Positions 45,281-60,998 of a DNA stretch of 64,000 bases are shown piece after piece. The translations under genes and the position numbers were made by a program. The first letter of the stretch is position 1; every line of letters begins with the position of its first letter. Origin of the DNA: Antedon mediterranea (taxonomy: Eukaryota; Animalia; Echinodermata); NCBI RefSeq assembly GCF_964355755.1, contig NC_092670.1:23484795-23548794 (forward strand), written 5' to 3'. The notes beneath the pieces are model-generated. The model was not told the origin of the DNA. It worked only from the letters and a program-made list of their open reading frames with translations, and ran no database searches.

Positions 45281-48200
45281 AATATAATTTGTGAAAATAA
45301 TATTTATTAGAAGTGCATTGTCTAGATTAAATTAAAAACTAGGCATATTGTCAATACATTTGGATTGTTACTTTGGATTGTTACGCTTTAAATTAATGAC
45401 TTTCACAAGGTATTGTTAACGTAACATACCTGATAGGCTCAAGAGTGTAATGTGAAGTAAAACCTAAATCATTGGATATTGAGATCAGAGCAACGGTTGT
45501 GACAACAATATACGTATGAGCCTGTGTAATATTGATTACAATATGAATAAATTCATCTCTTACGTAGATCGATTGTATCAAGCGGGATGTGAATTGACTG
45601 TAAATAAGTATCAGGCTAAGAAATCGTCTTATAATAAGGAAAGAACAAAATGTTCGTTAATTTGGTATAAATACTACTGTAATTGGCCAAGTGATACTTA
45701 GTCGAGATTTGTTTATGATGTGTTACTACAAACAGTGCATCTATACGATATACTGTACATCATTATTGGAATTGTTTATTTGACCAATGGTCAGTTATAA
45801 AAACAGCAAGGCCTATGAGAGAGGCGTGATTAAAGTTGGTTACAGCAACAGTGGTCACATTAGCAACCTTTATAGCCTAAATCGTCTTTATTCACAATGT
45901 ATTTCTTGTCATTTGGTATCCCCGCTTAAAATGGTGCATTTTTCCAAATTGTTTGCCGTGATATGATGAGTTAACGCTTTGTCACATTATTGGTGAATCT
46001 GTATCTTTGTATACCTTGTCTATAAGGCCAAGTCTAACTTAATAATTCCCAATCAGGTTGGTTGAAATAAACTGTCCGTATAAATAACCGATTTCATCGG
46101 TTCTGTACAGAGTTCTATTCTTACTTTACAATGAATTCTATCACGTATGATATTTAGATAAGATTTGTTATACTGCTTTTCTGCAGTCATTATACTATTT
46201 CACAATTTTAATATTCATTTGAGTTCGAAATCAGATTTTATTCGGTTCGTTAGGAAAACCATGGGTCACGAGACGATAACGAATCCGACCATTTGTAAGA
46301 GTAAGACCATACATGAAACATGAGATTCTATCAATTATTATGTATTGTTGTAGAATATCTCAAACTATATATAGGCCGATACTGTATAGGCCTATACTGT
46401 ATAGGCCTACAGATTTTTCTGTCGTTTTACTAGGCCACTATTTCTGCTTTTATATAGTTTACTGAAAATAGGCCTATACATTAATGTATTAGTAAACCGG
46501 TGGATACCGCTATTTTGTATAAGATTGGCGGTATTTAGTACCGTATAAATTCCGTACTTAAATATTTAATCTACTGTAATAGGCTACAGTACTTAGAATA
46601 AAATCGAAATTTGTTTTTATAAAATCGGTATATTTGTATATATCGGTACCGTACCGGTACTTAATTGTACAAAATCGGTATTTTGTAAATGCGGTAACTG
46701 CACCGGCATAATCGAAATAATCTCGTAACCACGTATTACTAGATGAAATGACGCAGCATACGTTACATGTACTGTACTGTACCATGCTTTCAATTTGTTG
46801 TTGACTTTTGTCTATTTGTCTCTTATAATAATTAATATTAATAATGTGGGTTTGCGATACGACTCACTTTCTCGATCACGCGGTAAGTACAGTACGCTGG
46901 TACAGTACGGTGAATTCTCTAGGCCTGGCATTTAATAACTTAACCACAACGTTTGATCAGCTTTTGATTGGACTACTTTCGCATTATTTATTTACTGTAG
47001 ATTATGAATAGACCTGTCAGTGTAGAGAGCTTGCAACGGTTTATCTCATTCTTCTTCCTGTATTTGAAGCTTAAATTTAACTAAAACGATGTTTTATATA
47101 ATAGGCCCTACATAAAGCCAGAATTTCTATAGAAAAACAGTAATCCCGGATAAAATCTGGGCCTTTGGGAAGAATTTATATAATTTAAACCATAGATTAT
47201 GAATATTAAAAATCACGCATATACTTTCTGGAATATTGTACGACTTTTAGATATCATAAATTATTTGCGGATGCCTATTTATTTAATTTACTTATTTTTG
47301 ACTTAGGCCTATACAAATACAATATATATCCTGTAATACTTTATATTTTTTAGTAGGCTTCGATGGATTGTGTGTTTTTAAATTGTTTAGAATAGTGTTT
47401 GTATTGAATTCGTACACTTTTACGCTAGTTATTCTACCAAGCACTAACAATAACAATATATAATATATGCTATTTCTTATAATTTGCTTTAGGCCTATAT
47501 CGTAATTTTGACGGTATTTAGATAAATAAGTGTGTGTATACCGGTACCACTACATTTTCCACTGGCTTCGATGTATTTTCTGTCCTGAAATTTCATTATA
47601 GGCCTACAGTACTTTCAGTTCATACATTTCATTCATTCCACGTTAGATACGAATGTGTACAGGTAGCTACAATAAATAATAGATTCCAGTTTTATTTGCA
47701 CTTTTTGATGCCCAATTCTGGGATGATACTGTACGTGTCGTTGGATTTGAGATTTCATGAATGTTGAGAAAGCTGTCACATAGGCCTACGGTCCGTAAAT
47801 CATACGAAGCAGATGTGTTTATATTTACCAAAGTCATTATCGGTTGGTTCATTGTGATTTATGTATCGTGCTTGTTTGTCTTTAATTATGCTTTTTTAGC
47901 AAGATAGGTGGGCGTTACCAGTTTTGACACGATTCAATTCTCTGGTAGGATTTTTTTGCTTAGTACAGTGATTTGCGTAAATGTTTTCAAAATGTGGCGT
48001 GAGACTGCTTTTCAGGTGTTCTTAATTTTGCCATTTTTTAGTCTTGAAATGTCATGTTGTTACTGTTCTACTGTAGTTTATTAGTATACGCAGTTTTAAG
48101 TTATTATTAAACAAGAAATAAAAAAATCGTTTGCTTGTCCTGTAAATCTCGTGTTTATCAAACTTAATTATTGAGTAAATAGGGGCAAGGATATTGAATC

Positions 48201-49980
48201 CAAACTCGTGGCTTAACGCCTGTTACAGTCTGTGAAAACGCCGACGGTTGGGTTGAAGGAGGATTTTGAGTCGGACACACAAAAAAAGCGAATTGATTTT
48301 GTCGCAGTAATTTAGTCTCTTTTCATCCATGACTTCAAATTGGAAGATCGTCGGTACACCTGCAGGATATAGGCCTCTGACTGTAAACACGTGAGTGGCT
48401 TTATTTTAACGAGGCGTATTTGGTTGAATATACAGGTAGGCCTGTATCTTTTATAGTAGCCTTATAACAGTCTGATCTTTCCTTTCGTAGATTATTTTTT
48501 GCCGATTGGTTGCATATTAGTTTACCTGCATTGTATCACTGTATATCAGTCTCTTCTTGCAATTCTATAGTTTTTGTTTGGAAGAAGGATTTGGAATCGG
48601 GGCAGTTTTTTTCGTAGTTTTTTACTCTAACATTAGCTTAAAATTGAATGGTCGGTACACCTGACTACTGCAATTTTAACTAGGCGTTACAGAATTTTGA
48701 TCGAAACGTTGCATTCTCAACGTCATTTCCCTTTAGGCCTATTTGATTTTTTTTGGGTAGGCTATTATAAAATTATCAATGAAGTTTAATTAACTATTGT
48801 AGTTCTTTGGCCATGATCTGTTTCTCAGGAGTTGAGTTTTGTTGTTTAATTCATAATCATTCAATTAGTATCGATTATTACATTAAGTAGAACATTCACC
48901 TGTAGTCTAATTTTGCTAATGATAGGCCTACCGTTGCTGAAGTGTTCCTTCTAAGCGTCCCTGATACAAGTTTTCAAAATGGTAAATTAGCAACAGTAGG
49001 CTTAGTACGAAATACGGATGGGACAGTGTTTTTAAAATCATATTAATTATTGGCATTAAAAATGTTACTAATTATAAAAACCATCTCTCCATGATCGTGA
49101 TTTTAAATTCACACAGAGGCCTATCCCCATACGAAATAAGAAATACTGTACATTTATATTTTTATAAATAGGCCTATATTCTTATTATTAATATTTTTAT
49201 TAAGATTTTACTTTCTGTTTGGTATTGTTTAATGTCACATGCAAGTAATAGTAAAAATAATTTGGAACCCAGGGAGGGTTTAGTCTGTGGTTTAACCTCT
49301 CAGCGATTGAACATTCTAGGCCTATACGAACGAACGTAGCCTTTGTAGGCATCAGCTCAGCAGCGGTCGCAACTTGTAACGCCCAGATATCATACGAGTG
49401 CCGCGGTCAATGAAGCGGTCGTGTCAGGATACCGTAGGCCTATTGTAACACCGGACACATGGTTTTCATATCTACTCTCATCCCTGCATTCACATGCTTC
49501 ATAGAGTAAATATAATAGAAATTCATATAGACTGGCCTCGGGCGGTTTTTACTACCTATTAAAGGTTCTCATTCAAGTCAAATGTACCGTTGAAAAACAC
49601 ACGTTGTTAAACTTGTTGATGGCTGAATCACAGCAGCTAAGTATTACACCAAAGGCAGGCATTATTGCTGTACTGTTACTGTACAATACGAATAGATAGT
49701 ATAGGCCTACAAAAGTCAAGCACACTTGGACTAAAATAAGTATTAATTTTATTAGGCCATAATAACACTACAGCATTTGCTGACACAACAATACATAGTT
49801 TGATAAACGTACAGACCCTACACAACAAATCATAAGAAAAGTTAAAAATACTGTACTAGTAATTTATACCACTATGCAGTACAGTAACCAAAATACGTTT
49901 TGTCGGAAAATTGCCAAAACGTGCACGTAATCAGCGAAAAATATCGGAGTCTTTGAAAATTGAATGGTTATTAATTTAAA

Positions 49981-50358
49981 AAGTTGGTGTACAGTATACT
50001 GTATTACTGTACACCATGTAAATGTACAAGTTGGTGTACAGTATACTGTATTACTGTACACCATGTAAATGTACAAGTTGGTGTACAGTATACTGTATTA
50101 CTGTACACCATGTAAATGTACAAGTTGGTGTACAGTATACTGTATTACTGTACACCATGTAAATGTACAAGTTGGTGTACAGTATACTGTATTACTGTAC
50201 ACCATGTAAATGTACAAGTTGGTGTACAGTATACTGTATTACTGTACACCATGTAAATGTACAAGTTTGTGTACAGTATACTGTATTACTGTACACCATG
50301 TAAATGTACAAGTTGGTGTACAGTATACTGTATTACTGTACACCATGTAAATGTACAA
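49981..50358 (+). repeat. 47-bp minisatellite, 8 near-identical copies, each with a hairpin
   Basis: aagttggtgtacagtatactgtattactgtacaccatgtaaatgtac; stem tggtgtacagta/tactgtacacca with an 8-nt loop; only one substitution seen (near 50268). Confidence 0.95.
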
Positions 50359-53300
50359 TTATTATATGTATTCTTTCTATACAATTTATTATGTGAGCTT
50401 CAGTTGAAATTGTTAGTTAATCATGGTATATTGTTATACTGATGAGCTTAATTGATTATAGTCCGTCCGAAAACAGTGTGTTATACGGAATAGATGGTAA
50501 AATTAAGCAGTGTAATTAACCAAAAAGATAGCCATAACAATGCAATTCTATTTCTTTCAATCGGGATATTTTATTACGGTATACAGACCAACGCTGTTAA
50601 ACTTGTTGATGGATGAACCTTTTACAACAACAAGCCATATGCAATGTACATTATACGCTAAAACCGTATTGTGGAAACTAAATACAGTTTTAAGTATTAA
50701 AAGCAAATTAACAATGCAATGCGACGAGACGTAAAGTTTGTTGGCTGTTGATGACTGAATCAGTAAAATCAATTATATTACTAGAAATTGTAAACCTTTT
50801 GTATTCAAACATGCTGTAAATGCATATATTAAAATTTAAATTCTTCTATGAAAACTTGAAGATTTTATTACGATGATAACTGATGACAATGCTTGAGTAT
50901 TACTCCTTGGTTGTTTCCGTATAATCTAGATAATCGTAGATCTATTTATGGAAAGTGATGAATGTACAAAAAAAATAATTACAGGTAGCCAACTCAAATA
51001 CCCGTAAAAAGTACAGTGTAAGTTAAATAATAGTAGGCCTCTATACGACGGTATAGTACTGAAGTAAATGCAAAGTTGCATACTGTAGACACAGTACCTG
51101 CTACGGGGCATGCACCAATCGCGTGGTATAATTCTGATTCACCGACACGTCGTCGGCCTGCTTACGGCAGAACAATCTACTATCACCAGTTCGATGTTTT
51201 ATTATAAGCAATGTCAAGGATCTGCCAAATGTTAAAAAAAACAAATTATGTTTATTATTCAAATTGAACAAGTGCAGAATCGTTAATCATAATTGCAAGA
51301 TTTTGCCAAAAAACCTATTATAGCCAGGCCTAATAAACAGAACTTAATCCGGTGATTCACTAAGGATTTTAGCTCGTTGTTCTTATCACTTAACATAATT
51401 TAGTCGTACCTATAATTGTATGTACACCTATAACGTATACTCGATTTAGTAATAGCCCAAACGTTGTACACTCTCCAGGCTATAGTTTTCGTTTCTATAA
51501 AGCCAACGAGTTCGCATTCAAAAAGGCCTAATAATTAGGCATATGCTATAGATAATAAAATATTATTATTGATATTAGTGTTTGTCATTCCAGAAATTGA
51601 GGCTGCTTGGTTTACTGTTTCAAACAAAATCTGCTTAACGACACAAATTCATATTCTATGATAAATAATATATAAGAATATCATTGTAATAAACTTTACC
51701 CAAAATTTAGGTCGCAGTTGCTAGTAATTGCTGGTAGGCCTACTGTGCTAGTAATCGAATGTTTAATGTTAGTATAACATAGGGGCGGTGGATATTCACA
51801 ATGTTGTAATTCTAATGTCTTAAAAACATCTTTGATAAACATTGACGTCGTTAGCGTGCATATTTTGTGTAGTATGATTTGACATTAAACGCCTCCAGTT
51901 ATCGATTTAGGCCTAATGTTTTTTAATCATGTTTATTGTAGGCCTACATGTTATATAAAAATGTTTCCATAATTAGCCGCAATTAATTCAACAATTAATT
52001 ATCTGTTGTATTGTACGTTAATATTTTTAAATATTGACTAAATTTTTACTAAAATTATTATTTAAAAAAAATAATTTCAGTAACACTATTGCGTAGGCCT
52101 ATGTTTACCTACAAGTATAAATATTTAAGCAATACATCTGTCACAAATGCTATAATAGCCGTGTTATTCATATCATTACCATCAACCCAATTCGTATATA
52201 CATTCGTTTCGTTTTATTGATTTCTCGCAATGAACAATTTAATAGGCCTATTATAAAACATAAAGTAATCAATATTAAAACATAAATAACTTCACTAAAC
52301 ATCACATTTATAAAAGAGCATTTGTGTTGAAGTATGTAGGCCTACCGTATGCACTGCAATTGCAGTTTTTAACTATGCAATTGCAGTTTTTAACAATGCT
52401 TATAAAGTTATACGTTTCATTATACACTTTAACATGTTTTTGCATAGAAGAATGTGAATCGCCTCTGTTTTTAGGATATTTACTGTCAGAGCAAAGCATA
52501 AGTGTAATTAATGAATCGTAATAACAAATCTGAAATTTCCGTTTGAGGCCACTCAACATTCACAACTCGTAAAAATGCCGGAGCCGGAGTAAAATAGTTG
52601 TCCATTGAATTGAATCACAGTGCCTGTTGAATTCGTTCATGTTGGAAAACTATAGAAGTGTAGGTAAATTATTTAACATGTAGGCCTATAAAAAGTAAAA
52701 TGAATTACCATATTGTTATTATCTTATGTCAAACACGTTTGTCAATGTTTATCTTATAACTGTCTATTGTTTTGGTCATACTTACTGTTATATACAGTCA
52801 ATATAAAAATGAACACATTGTTATACGCAGTCTTTATAGCTAAGACGATTGGTACTGATATTATGCTGCCCCCGTTATTAGAAAAAAAACTACGCTCATT
52901 TGCGCATGCAATATATACTTTTATATATATAAACAAATCAGGCAAAGAACATTAATTCTAAACCGCCCGGTAATATACTGAAATTTAATTAATTAATTTG
53001 AAACGATAAAGATGAGGAAATCTGTGAGAATGAGAAAAAGTCGCCCCATATAATTTTACGAAATATAATTTTATGGAAAACAATATCGTAAAATGATAGA
53101 TTAAGTGCGGCAACACGTAGAAGATTTTGTAGGCTTTAGTTGCGTTTATTTGAGAGCGGTGCTTTTATTGCAAGTAATCATACTTGAGAGGGAGCATTAT
53201 GGGAAAGACTGAGGTCGTTGAATGAGTTGCCTGTCTATTAATGTGCAAACAAGCTTGCTGCTGAATTTATCGAATAATGTTTGAATGATGTATCGGTTAT

Positions 53301-54040
53301 GACGGAAACGCCGATGAGAGATGTACTGTCAACAACCAGGTTTGTATGACGTGAAGTCTACCTTGTCACTGGCATGAAAGAATCGAACCCACGACCATGT
53401 AAAGGGGATCGCTCTCTACCGTGTTTATTACGCATGTTCAGTAGATCCTCATACAATACAATCCAAATTTATTGTTGTTGGTACAGACAAATGGCAGTAT
53501 TGGATATGCATAATAACCTCAAATAAAACGTCTTGATGATTTCGGTTCGTCTTTATTTAAAATCGGTCCAATGAAATGTTAGTAAAGTCATTTAAACGAC
53601 AGAATTCAATACAGATGTGTCATATCGTATGTATTATCATATCCCGGAACATACCAAAGCACCGTATATCACGTGTTGTGTATGTTTGCGGTATACCGCG
53701 TCCTATAAAAAACATTGAGATTTTTTTGGGAAGATTATCTTATTGATCATCATGAGAATGGTGTCATGTCAGTGTGTTTATATGTGAAGTACATGTAAAC
53801 ATATATGTTTAGTTGACTGTAACGGTATTTTCCTTTTTTTCACCCAATTACAAAACGCTCGGAAATGAGGATCGTCCTGAAAAGGGAATTCTAATAACAT
53901 GCCGAACTTCATATTAAGCAAATATAAGAAAGTATTATTGCCATACGTTGATTTTTTGTCAGTTGGCTTAGCTTTCCTTCGTTCATTCGGATTTCTAGCT
54001 TTTGTCCATAAACACTGTCTCGTTCCGTGCGCGATGGGTT

Positions 54041-54640
54041 TTAAAGGCCAGGTGCGGTCAAAAAATTTCTATTGATCATACATTCCAATAATTATCGATC
54101 TATAGTTTCCCCTATGTTTCATAATTTTTGGGATTTTATTTGTGTTACACGAGCTTGTTGAAAATAAGCACTTTCTTATCAGTGAGGGGATAGTTCAAAT
54201 TACACAGTGAAATCTCTATTCTTTTGTACACAAATTTTGTAAATAGAGAGGCATTTTAAAAGCTATGAAAAATAAATAGTGTGGTAAAAAATGTTATCAG
54301 ATGACTAAATATAGGTAATATAACTTGAATATTACATTTCTGGTATTTTTATTCAACTTCAGATTTTTATTTTCATGCTATATCAAAAATTATCCACTGT
54401 ATATCCACCATCTTTTTTCACCTTCTAGGGAGTGACCAGACATGTTATTACATTAGGTTAACTACCTAACTACTGAAAAAAAGTCTTCCTGGTTTTTATG
54501 GAAGAATTTGGCCAAATTTTGTATTTGACCATATTAAGGAAAATTCATGTTTTTTCGTCTTGATTTCTGTTACAAATATTTGATTTATGTACAATTAACC
54601 AAATATTATATTTAAAATTCATGCCTGTACCTGAGCTTAA
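54041..54640. mobile_element. Possible degenerate Kolobok-like MITE
   Basis: ttaa-aggccaggtgcggtca ... tgcctgtacctgagc-ttaa; imperfect TIR with TTAA flanks; CpG-poor patch within a CpG-richer region. Confidence 0.35.
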
Positions 54641-57600
54641 AGAGGCCACCGCCACCATTTTGATATGGTTCATATTCAGATAAAATCACGCAACATGAGT
54701 GGCTCTATAAATATGATATAATTAATACATAACGAAATAAACCTAACCGTACTCTACTTTATTTAATTAGCAAGATTATATTTCAATGTTAGGCGTATAG
54801 TATCATTTATATCATATCGTACTGTATGATAGCAAGATTATTTGTACTTGTACATTGTTGCTGTGTTTTATATCGGCCATTATCGTTGTAATGTTTAAAC
54901 ACTCCGTATCTAAATCGCTGCTTGTTCATTCCCATTTGATGCCGATATCACGCATACTCTAGTCATATGATAATCCGGTTACGTGGGCTGCCACTTTTTA
55001 TATAAGATCGCTTTCAATGATATATGTATTATATATTTCAAAATTATATTTTTTCTTTTAAATTATTCCTTAGATCCTTGTACATTTTGAGTATTTCATT
55101 AATGGACGTTGCACTATTCCTTGGAAAAGCATTCAAATTGGTTATATTCGTCCTGTGTATCCGATCTATTGCACACACTTTACATTTGGAGGCCAATTTA
55201 AATTATTGCATTTGCATTTTGTAAAGAAAGACTGTATACAGTACAGATGTTCCATTAACTCGGTTCGATGGATGCAATGTACCTATACTTACATAAATAC
55301 TTAGTGTCATGGTTTTCTTTTATAAAATATTGTAATTTAGGTTATCTGGATTAATTATTTATAGACACAAGCCAATTTCTCTGAAAATGAAGGCGTATTT
55401 CAGTTTTTCATTTGGTCCTAACGGAATCACTGCAAAATCGAAATGTTCTTAGTTCCGCTCGATATGAAAACAAAATCAAATGTGTCCTAAAACATTGATC
55501 CCCCATGTTTTGCCCAACAGTCAACACCTTTCCTAATACCTCGTGATGTTTCAGAATTGGAACAAACCTTGATGATGTCACAAGACTGCTTATTGTTTAT
55601 TATTGTTGCTGTTAATATTTCGTTAAAAAAGTGTAGGTGCACAACTACAACACCGACTTGTTATATTGTTTTGTTCTGTTGCGTTTGGTCTCACAAACCA
55701 AACTGACCAAATCAATATTGAGGGATTCCAATTCGCGCGAACCATACTTTATTACACGAAAAAAGAAAGAATGAAAGAGTTCCGACTCTGGCCATAGACT
55801 TGCCCCAACAAAGCGCATGCATTGTATACCTATGAAACGCCGTGATGTATGGCAAAATATTATCTTTTTTCCAATAGCAAGTCTACATACAGTCTATTTT
55901 CGGTATACAGTACTGTAGTGCAATTCTGATGCTTTTCCTCGTAATATCTCGACTTGCGTGAAAAGTTGCTGTTAAACCATTACTGTTGGCTAGGCCCTAT
56001 TTATGAAATGGTTCTAGTGTTCGTTAGCGTAGATATTATGAATAAATAATAAGAATAATCGACCAGTCACGTGTTTTCATGATTTACTAGTTCAGATTCG
56101 GCTACTGACTTCTTTTTTTAGAAATTACGTAATAATTAGACTAAGGATTCAATCGATATAAGGTGTTTTGTTTTTAGAAACTAAATCGTCATCTTGTTTG
56201 TATACGGTATTTTTCGTGTCTGTTAGGCTTAAAAACTAATTCTGGAATTTAAGCTAAATTCTGAGCATTCTAGGCCTACAAGAGCCGACTTTCTATGTAT
56301 TAAACAATATTAACGCCTGCCTTTGTCGGTTTATTGTAAGTGCTTACACATCGTGTTCAGTATCTTTAGCTTGGCTGATTGAAATAATGACATTATTAGT
56401 TTACTTGGAAGGCTGCTTGAAATCCTGCGGTGTTGTTCTGGTTGCATCCTGTGGACAATGGCTGGATTCTAAAAGTTCTAGTGAACCGAACTAATTATAC
56501 CGTTGGGGATTTGTTCAGGACTAATTTGTACCTAATCACACACACCTTAACACATCATTTCTATAAATGACAGTATGCAAGTTAGGCTCAAGGGAATCGT
56601 TTTGATACAGTGAGACCATGCACGAACGGTCATAGTAGATCCCAAACAGGACCGAAACTCATGGTGAGATAATGCATTATTTTATAAGGGTAGTTATTAA
56701 TTAATATCGTTTGAAATTTTTAGTAAAATAAGAACATCGAAACCTAGGTAAATTACATGTCTTTCTTTTGGCTAACATTTTACAGTAAAAACGCAGAAAT
56801 AACATTCCGGTAAAAACAGTTTTTTTTTGTATTGTTTTCGACACTTACGAATATTAAAGCTTACCGATAATACATTGCAGTAAATGTCAAACACGAAGAC
56901 ATTTTAATGGTTTGACATTCTTTACACGTAGAACTTGCTTTTCTGCACTTTGTTTACATTGTTGACGTTTTATTTGTACTGTATATCACTGGACATACTC
57001 GTGTAAGAGCTGAAAATACGTGCAAGCTATTTAAAACACACTGAATTATGGCAATCGTCAGCTGGCTCGTGATGAAAGATATAAGTAGGGCCCCTATTAT
57101 TATTAATGGACATCTTCGAGACCCCAGAAAATGCATGGGTGTCTGAATAGGGGTGGCCGTGTTAAAACATGATATGGCCATCCTTCGTTTCACGGAAATA
57201 TGTCCTCTTAAATATGATTCCGAAGGAAGGGTTTTACTGGATAATTGTATAATTACCACTATGCCATTCAATTATTAATTGTTTTGTATTCACAACCATT
57301 TCACTTTCACAAGATCGTAGATGGATAAAGAGAACAGAAGCAAAAGAAAATGACTTCCATAAAGGTTACAACTGACTTGAGTTCATAGAATTTAATTTCT
57401 CATGCCCTAAGATACTGTCCCATTCATCTAGTGGTTATTGTAATATATATTTATGTATGACGTACAGTAATATTATATTGTCGTCTCACCATGATTCAAC
57501 TTTGTGGTTGAGTCTTTTAAATTATAGAAAGAAGCAGCTTCGTAATCTCCGGGTGGGTGAATCTTTTTGGAAGGCCCTGAAATATTATGTTATATATTAT

Positions 57601-60600
57601 TTAAAGGCTTCTCAACACCTATCACAATTCCTATTCCCCCTCCTATTTCAAGGATTATATGCACATGCATATATTGTTGTCACTGTACGTGACAAGTGTA
57701 AAAAGATTTATATTTCATTAACGATATTAATGTATATAATCTTAGAATGGAATTACAGACGCAATACGGGGTCTTATACACTGAGGCATTTCATAATTGT
57801 GAATGCAATATTTTACCTTGTGAATTCAAATTTAATATTGTATATCCATGGCAGTCTGTAGTTGTTATTATTGTAATTAGGAAATCTATTATATCAAGTA
57901 ATCTAATATCGGTATTTTAAAACTAAAACGGAAGCCTCGATTATTAAACAATTCGAATGCTCGTTATATTTATGAGGTCTCAATATTTTATATTTATTCT
58001 CTGTTTTTCATTGAACGTGTTTGTTAACGGTCAAAGGTTATGTTACCCGAATATAATTTGATGAACAATTCTCTGAAATATATATTTTTTCAATTGAAAA
58101 TAATATATACAAATAAGTCAAAGTTTTTAAAACCTAGCGTACAGTGCGTGACCGTACCATGCTATAAGTACAAGTTATTTTAAACCTTCTGTGACACTGC
58201 ATATAAATATATATGTATACGTTTTATTGTGTATAGCGATTGGACATCTTGTTACAAAGGATGTTTGAGTAATGAATAGGCCTATAGAGCAAATAATAAG
58301 GTCTACTGTATGTGAAAATGGAGGTATCTGTGCATGCTTTTATATTCAGTAGGCCACTGTATGTTTAAAAATATAAACAGTTTACATGGACGGATATGAC
58401 AAACTTGATAGTACACTGAAAATATGCAATTTAAATAAACAACAAACCTAGCCTATTAAATGTGTTATTTTATCATATATCTGTAACAAGCGGTCCAGGC
58501 AATATATACCGACATATCCAAGTTGTTATTATTGAGAAGCGAAAGGTGAATTGATAATAATTACGATAATAAAACACACCTGTTAATATTATTCAACACA
58601 TAATTACAGTAGTTGTGTTTCTATTTTTATGAATACTTTAAAATATGATTGATTTTAAAAAGTCGAAGTTTATTTTGTAGTCATGATATAAGTATGATTT
58701 GAATGTTCCGTGCCTTCAAAATTGTGATATACATTTTTGGTGATAGAGATAGTGTCTATAAATGCCTTCATTTTCATCCGATTTGCTTCTCTCGGGGACA
58801 GTGATATCGTCTTGTATTTCACGACCTCCTGGACCTAAGAAATGTAGGCTGTCTGGACACAGCATTCAACAAACTTTGGGATGGTCAACCTTGTAGCGTT
58901 TAGTGACTGAGCTGATGATATATCTAGTCTATGTTCTAGATTGCATTTTGACTTAATAGTGGTTAAAATGTAACTTTTTTGGCACATCTGACGTTTCATA
59001 GTATAATACTTAATCTTAGTTTCAGACACTAATTGAAACGCTGAAAAAACATAAAAGACACTAACTACAGACTTGGGACATCTCTTCCAACGTTAGCTAT
59101 CGGTTCTGGAAATCGTCATTAAAATCTTTGTGATTGCCATGTGCCATACCTTGAACAACCAAGAGAATTAAAGCGTACAATTTGATGTAATGTAAATTGA
59201 GGCAAATGGCCGTCGACAAAATGCGTCGTACTACCAACGCGAATAGACGATTGTGAGGAGCCATGCGTTGTCATCAATCTTCAATTGTCTTGTTAACAAT
59301 GCAACTTTTATTGCATTGTATTTATCATAATAATAGTCAATCTGTTTTATCCTTGTCGGTAGAAGCAGCTAAATTATTTGCGTTTGTTCGTTGTAAACAC
59401 ATTTAATCATTTAGATCCAATTGTTGTTCAGTATTGTATCATTCATGTAACCCCAGGCTCCGACAAAGCTTCAGGTAATAATTATTGACATGTTTTGTAC
59501 AGTACAACTATTATTTCATGTATATTGTACATGCGTTCGTGTATGCGTCGAGTAAGACGTAATAAGCAGACCATACACACGTAATGTCACACGTTTTCAA
59601 TGTTAGCTTTTGTAGGCGGATGTGTTTACTTCCAGTCTCCATGGATGTTGAACACTAGTAAATTTGCCTACAGATGTTATTAGACTCGGCTCATTTGCCC
59701 ATTTAAGAATGCAATATAAAAAATAAAATCTATTTTAGAAACGAAGATTGATATACTTAGGATTAAAGTGTTTTATAACACGCCTAAATAAATATATTTT
59801 TGTAATTTGATTGGACGATTGTGGGTCACATGGTGTTTGATTAAAAAGACTATTAATCAATCGTGTGATAGAACCCTTTTTCAGCTTTATAAAAATCTTC
59901 TCACGCACGAAAATATTTATTATTAGTATATTAGGCTATATACTTAAGTTTAGAAATGAGGGCCATTGGTTTCTTAAAAAACACAACATTTAGATTAGGT
60001 TAACTTAGGCCCTATATATTTTTTAAAAGGTTATTAAGATATGTTATTTTGTGTAGGCCTATTGTAATTGTTTGTCATGATGCTTTAAAAAAAATAGAGT
60101 ATACGCTATTCCAGAATATTATGAAACCTAAAATGTACTTAGGAACCTTTGTTTTCATCGACTGTTTGTACTTGATGCTAGGAGCTATACACAACATCCC
60201 GATAGGATAGGATTTTTCTCCATGGTTTAACAAGCCTTAATAATATCCGCTATTAAAACGAAATTTACACACAAAATGTATATATAGTAAATTACTATCG
60301 ATGCAACTGTATGGATTACTCCAACGACCATAGATGTATTTATTATGTATTTATGCGAAATTAAACAACGCTACGCTAAATTCTCTTCAAATACAGCAGA
60401 GATCTCAATTTGCGTCATACACGAATCAGTTAAAATGGAACTGTTGTATACTTTACATTGAAAAAACGGCTGGAAGTCAAACAAGGCCATCGCCTTTAAC
60501 AATTTATATTTGTATGACGTTCAAATATACATTATTGAAACCGGTTTCCGTTCGTCTTCATATAAACAATTTATAAAATCAAATTCTGATCATAAATAAA

Positions 60601-60998
60601 ATAATAAGTGTACAGAATAGTGCTCCAAACACAGAGCCTTAGTATACCATTTCTTTTAAATGTAGGGTGACAGGGTTCGTGTTAAGATTTCAAAGGTAAC
60701 ATGTAAAATAAGAGGATTTTGTGTAAACATTCGAACTAGTTGAAGGGGGCCAGAACCTAGAACCGCATGTGTAATGATAAAGGTTTTTAAAATGGAAAAC
60801 GATAATATAATATTATATTGATAATAACACTACGTTATAATATTAAATACGTATACATTTAGCATTTTATTATTAATTACCGGTATTTAATAAGTTGATC
60901 AAAATTCGATTATAAAGAATAAGTCACTCATAATGTTAATTAGTCAGATGTTTATCCTACTCTGACGTAATTGAAATTATGAGTACATTTCGCAAGTA

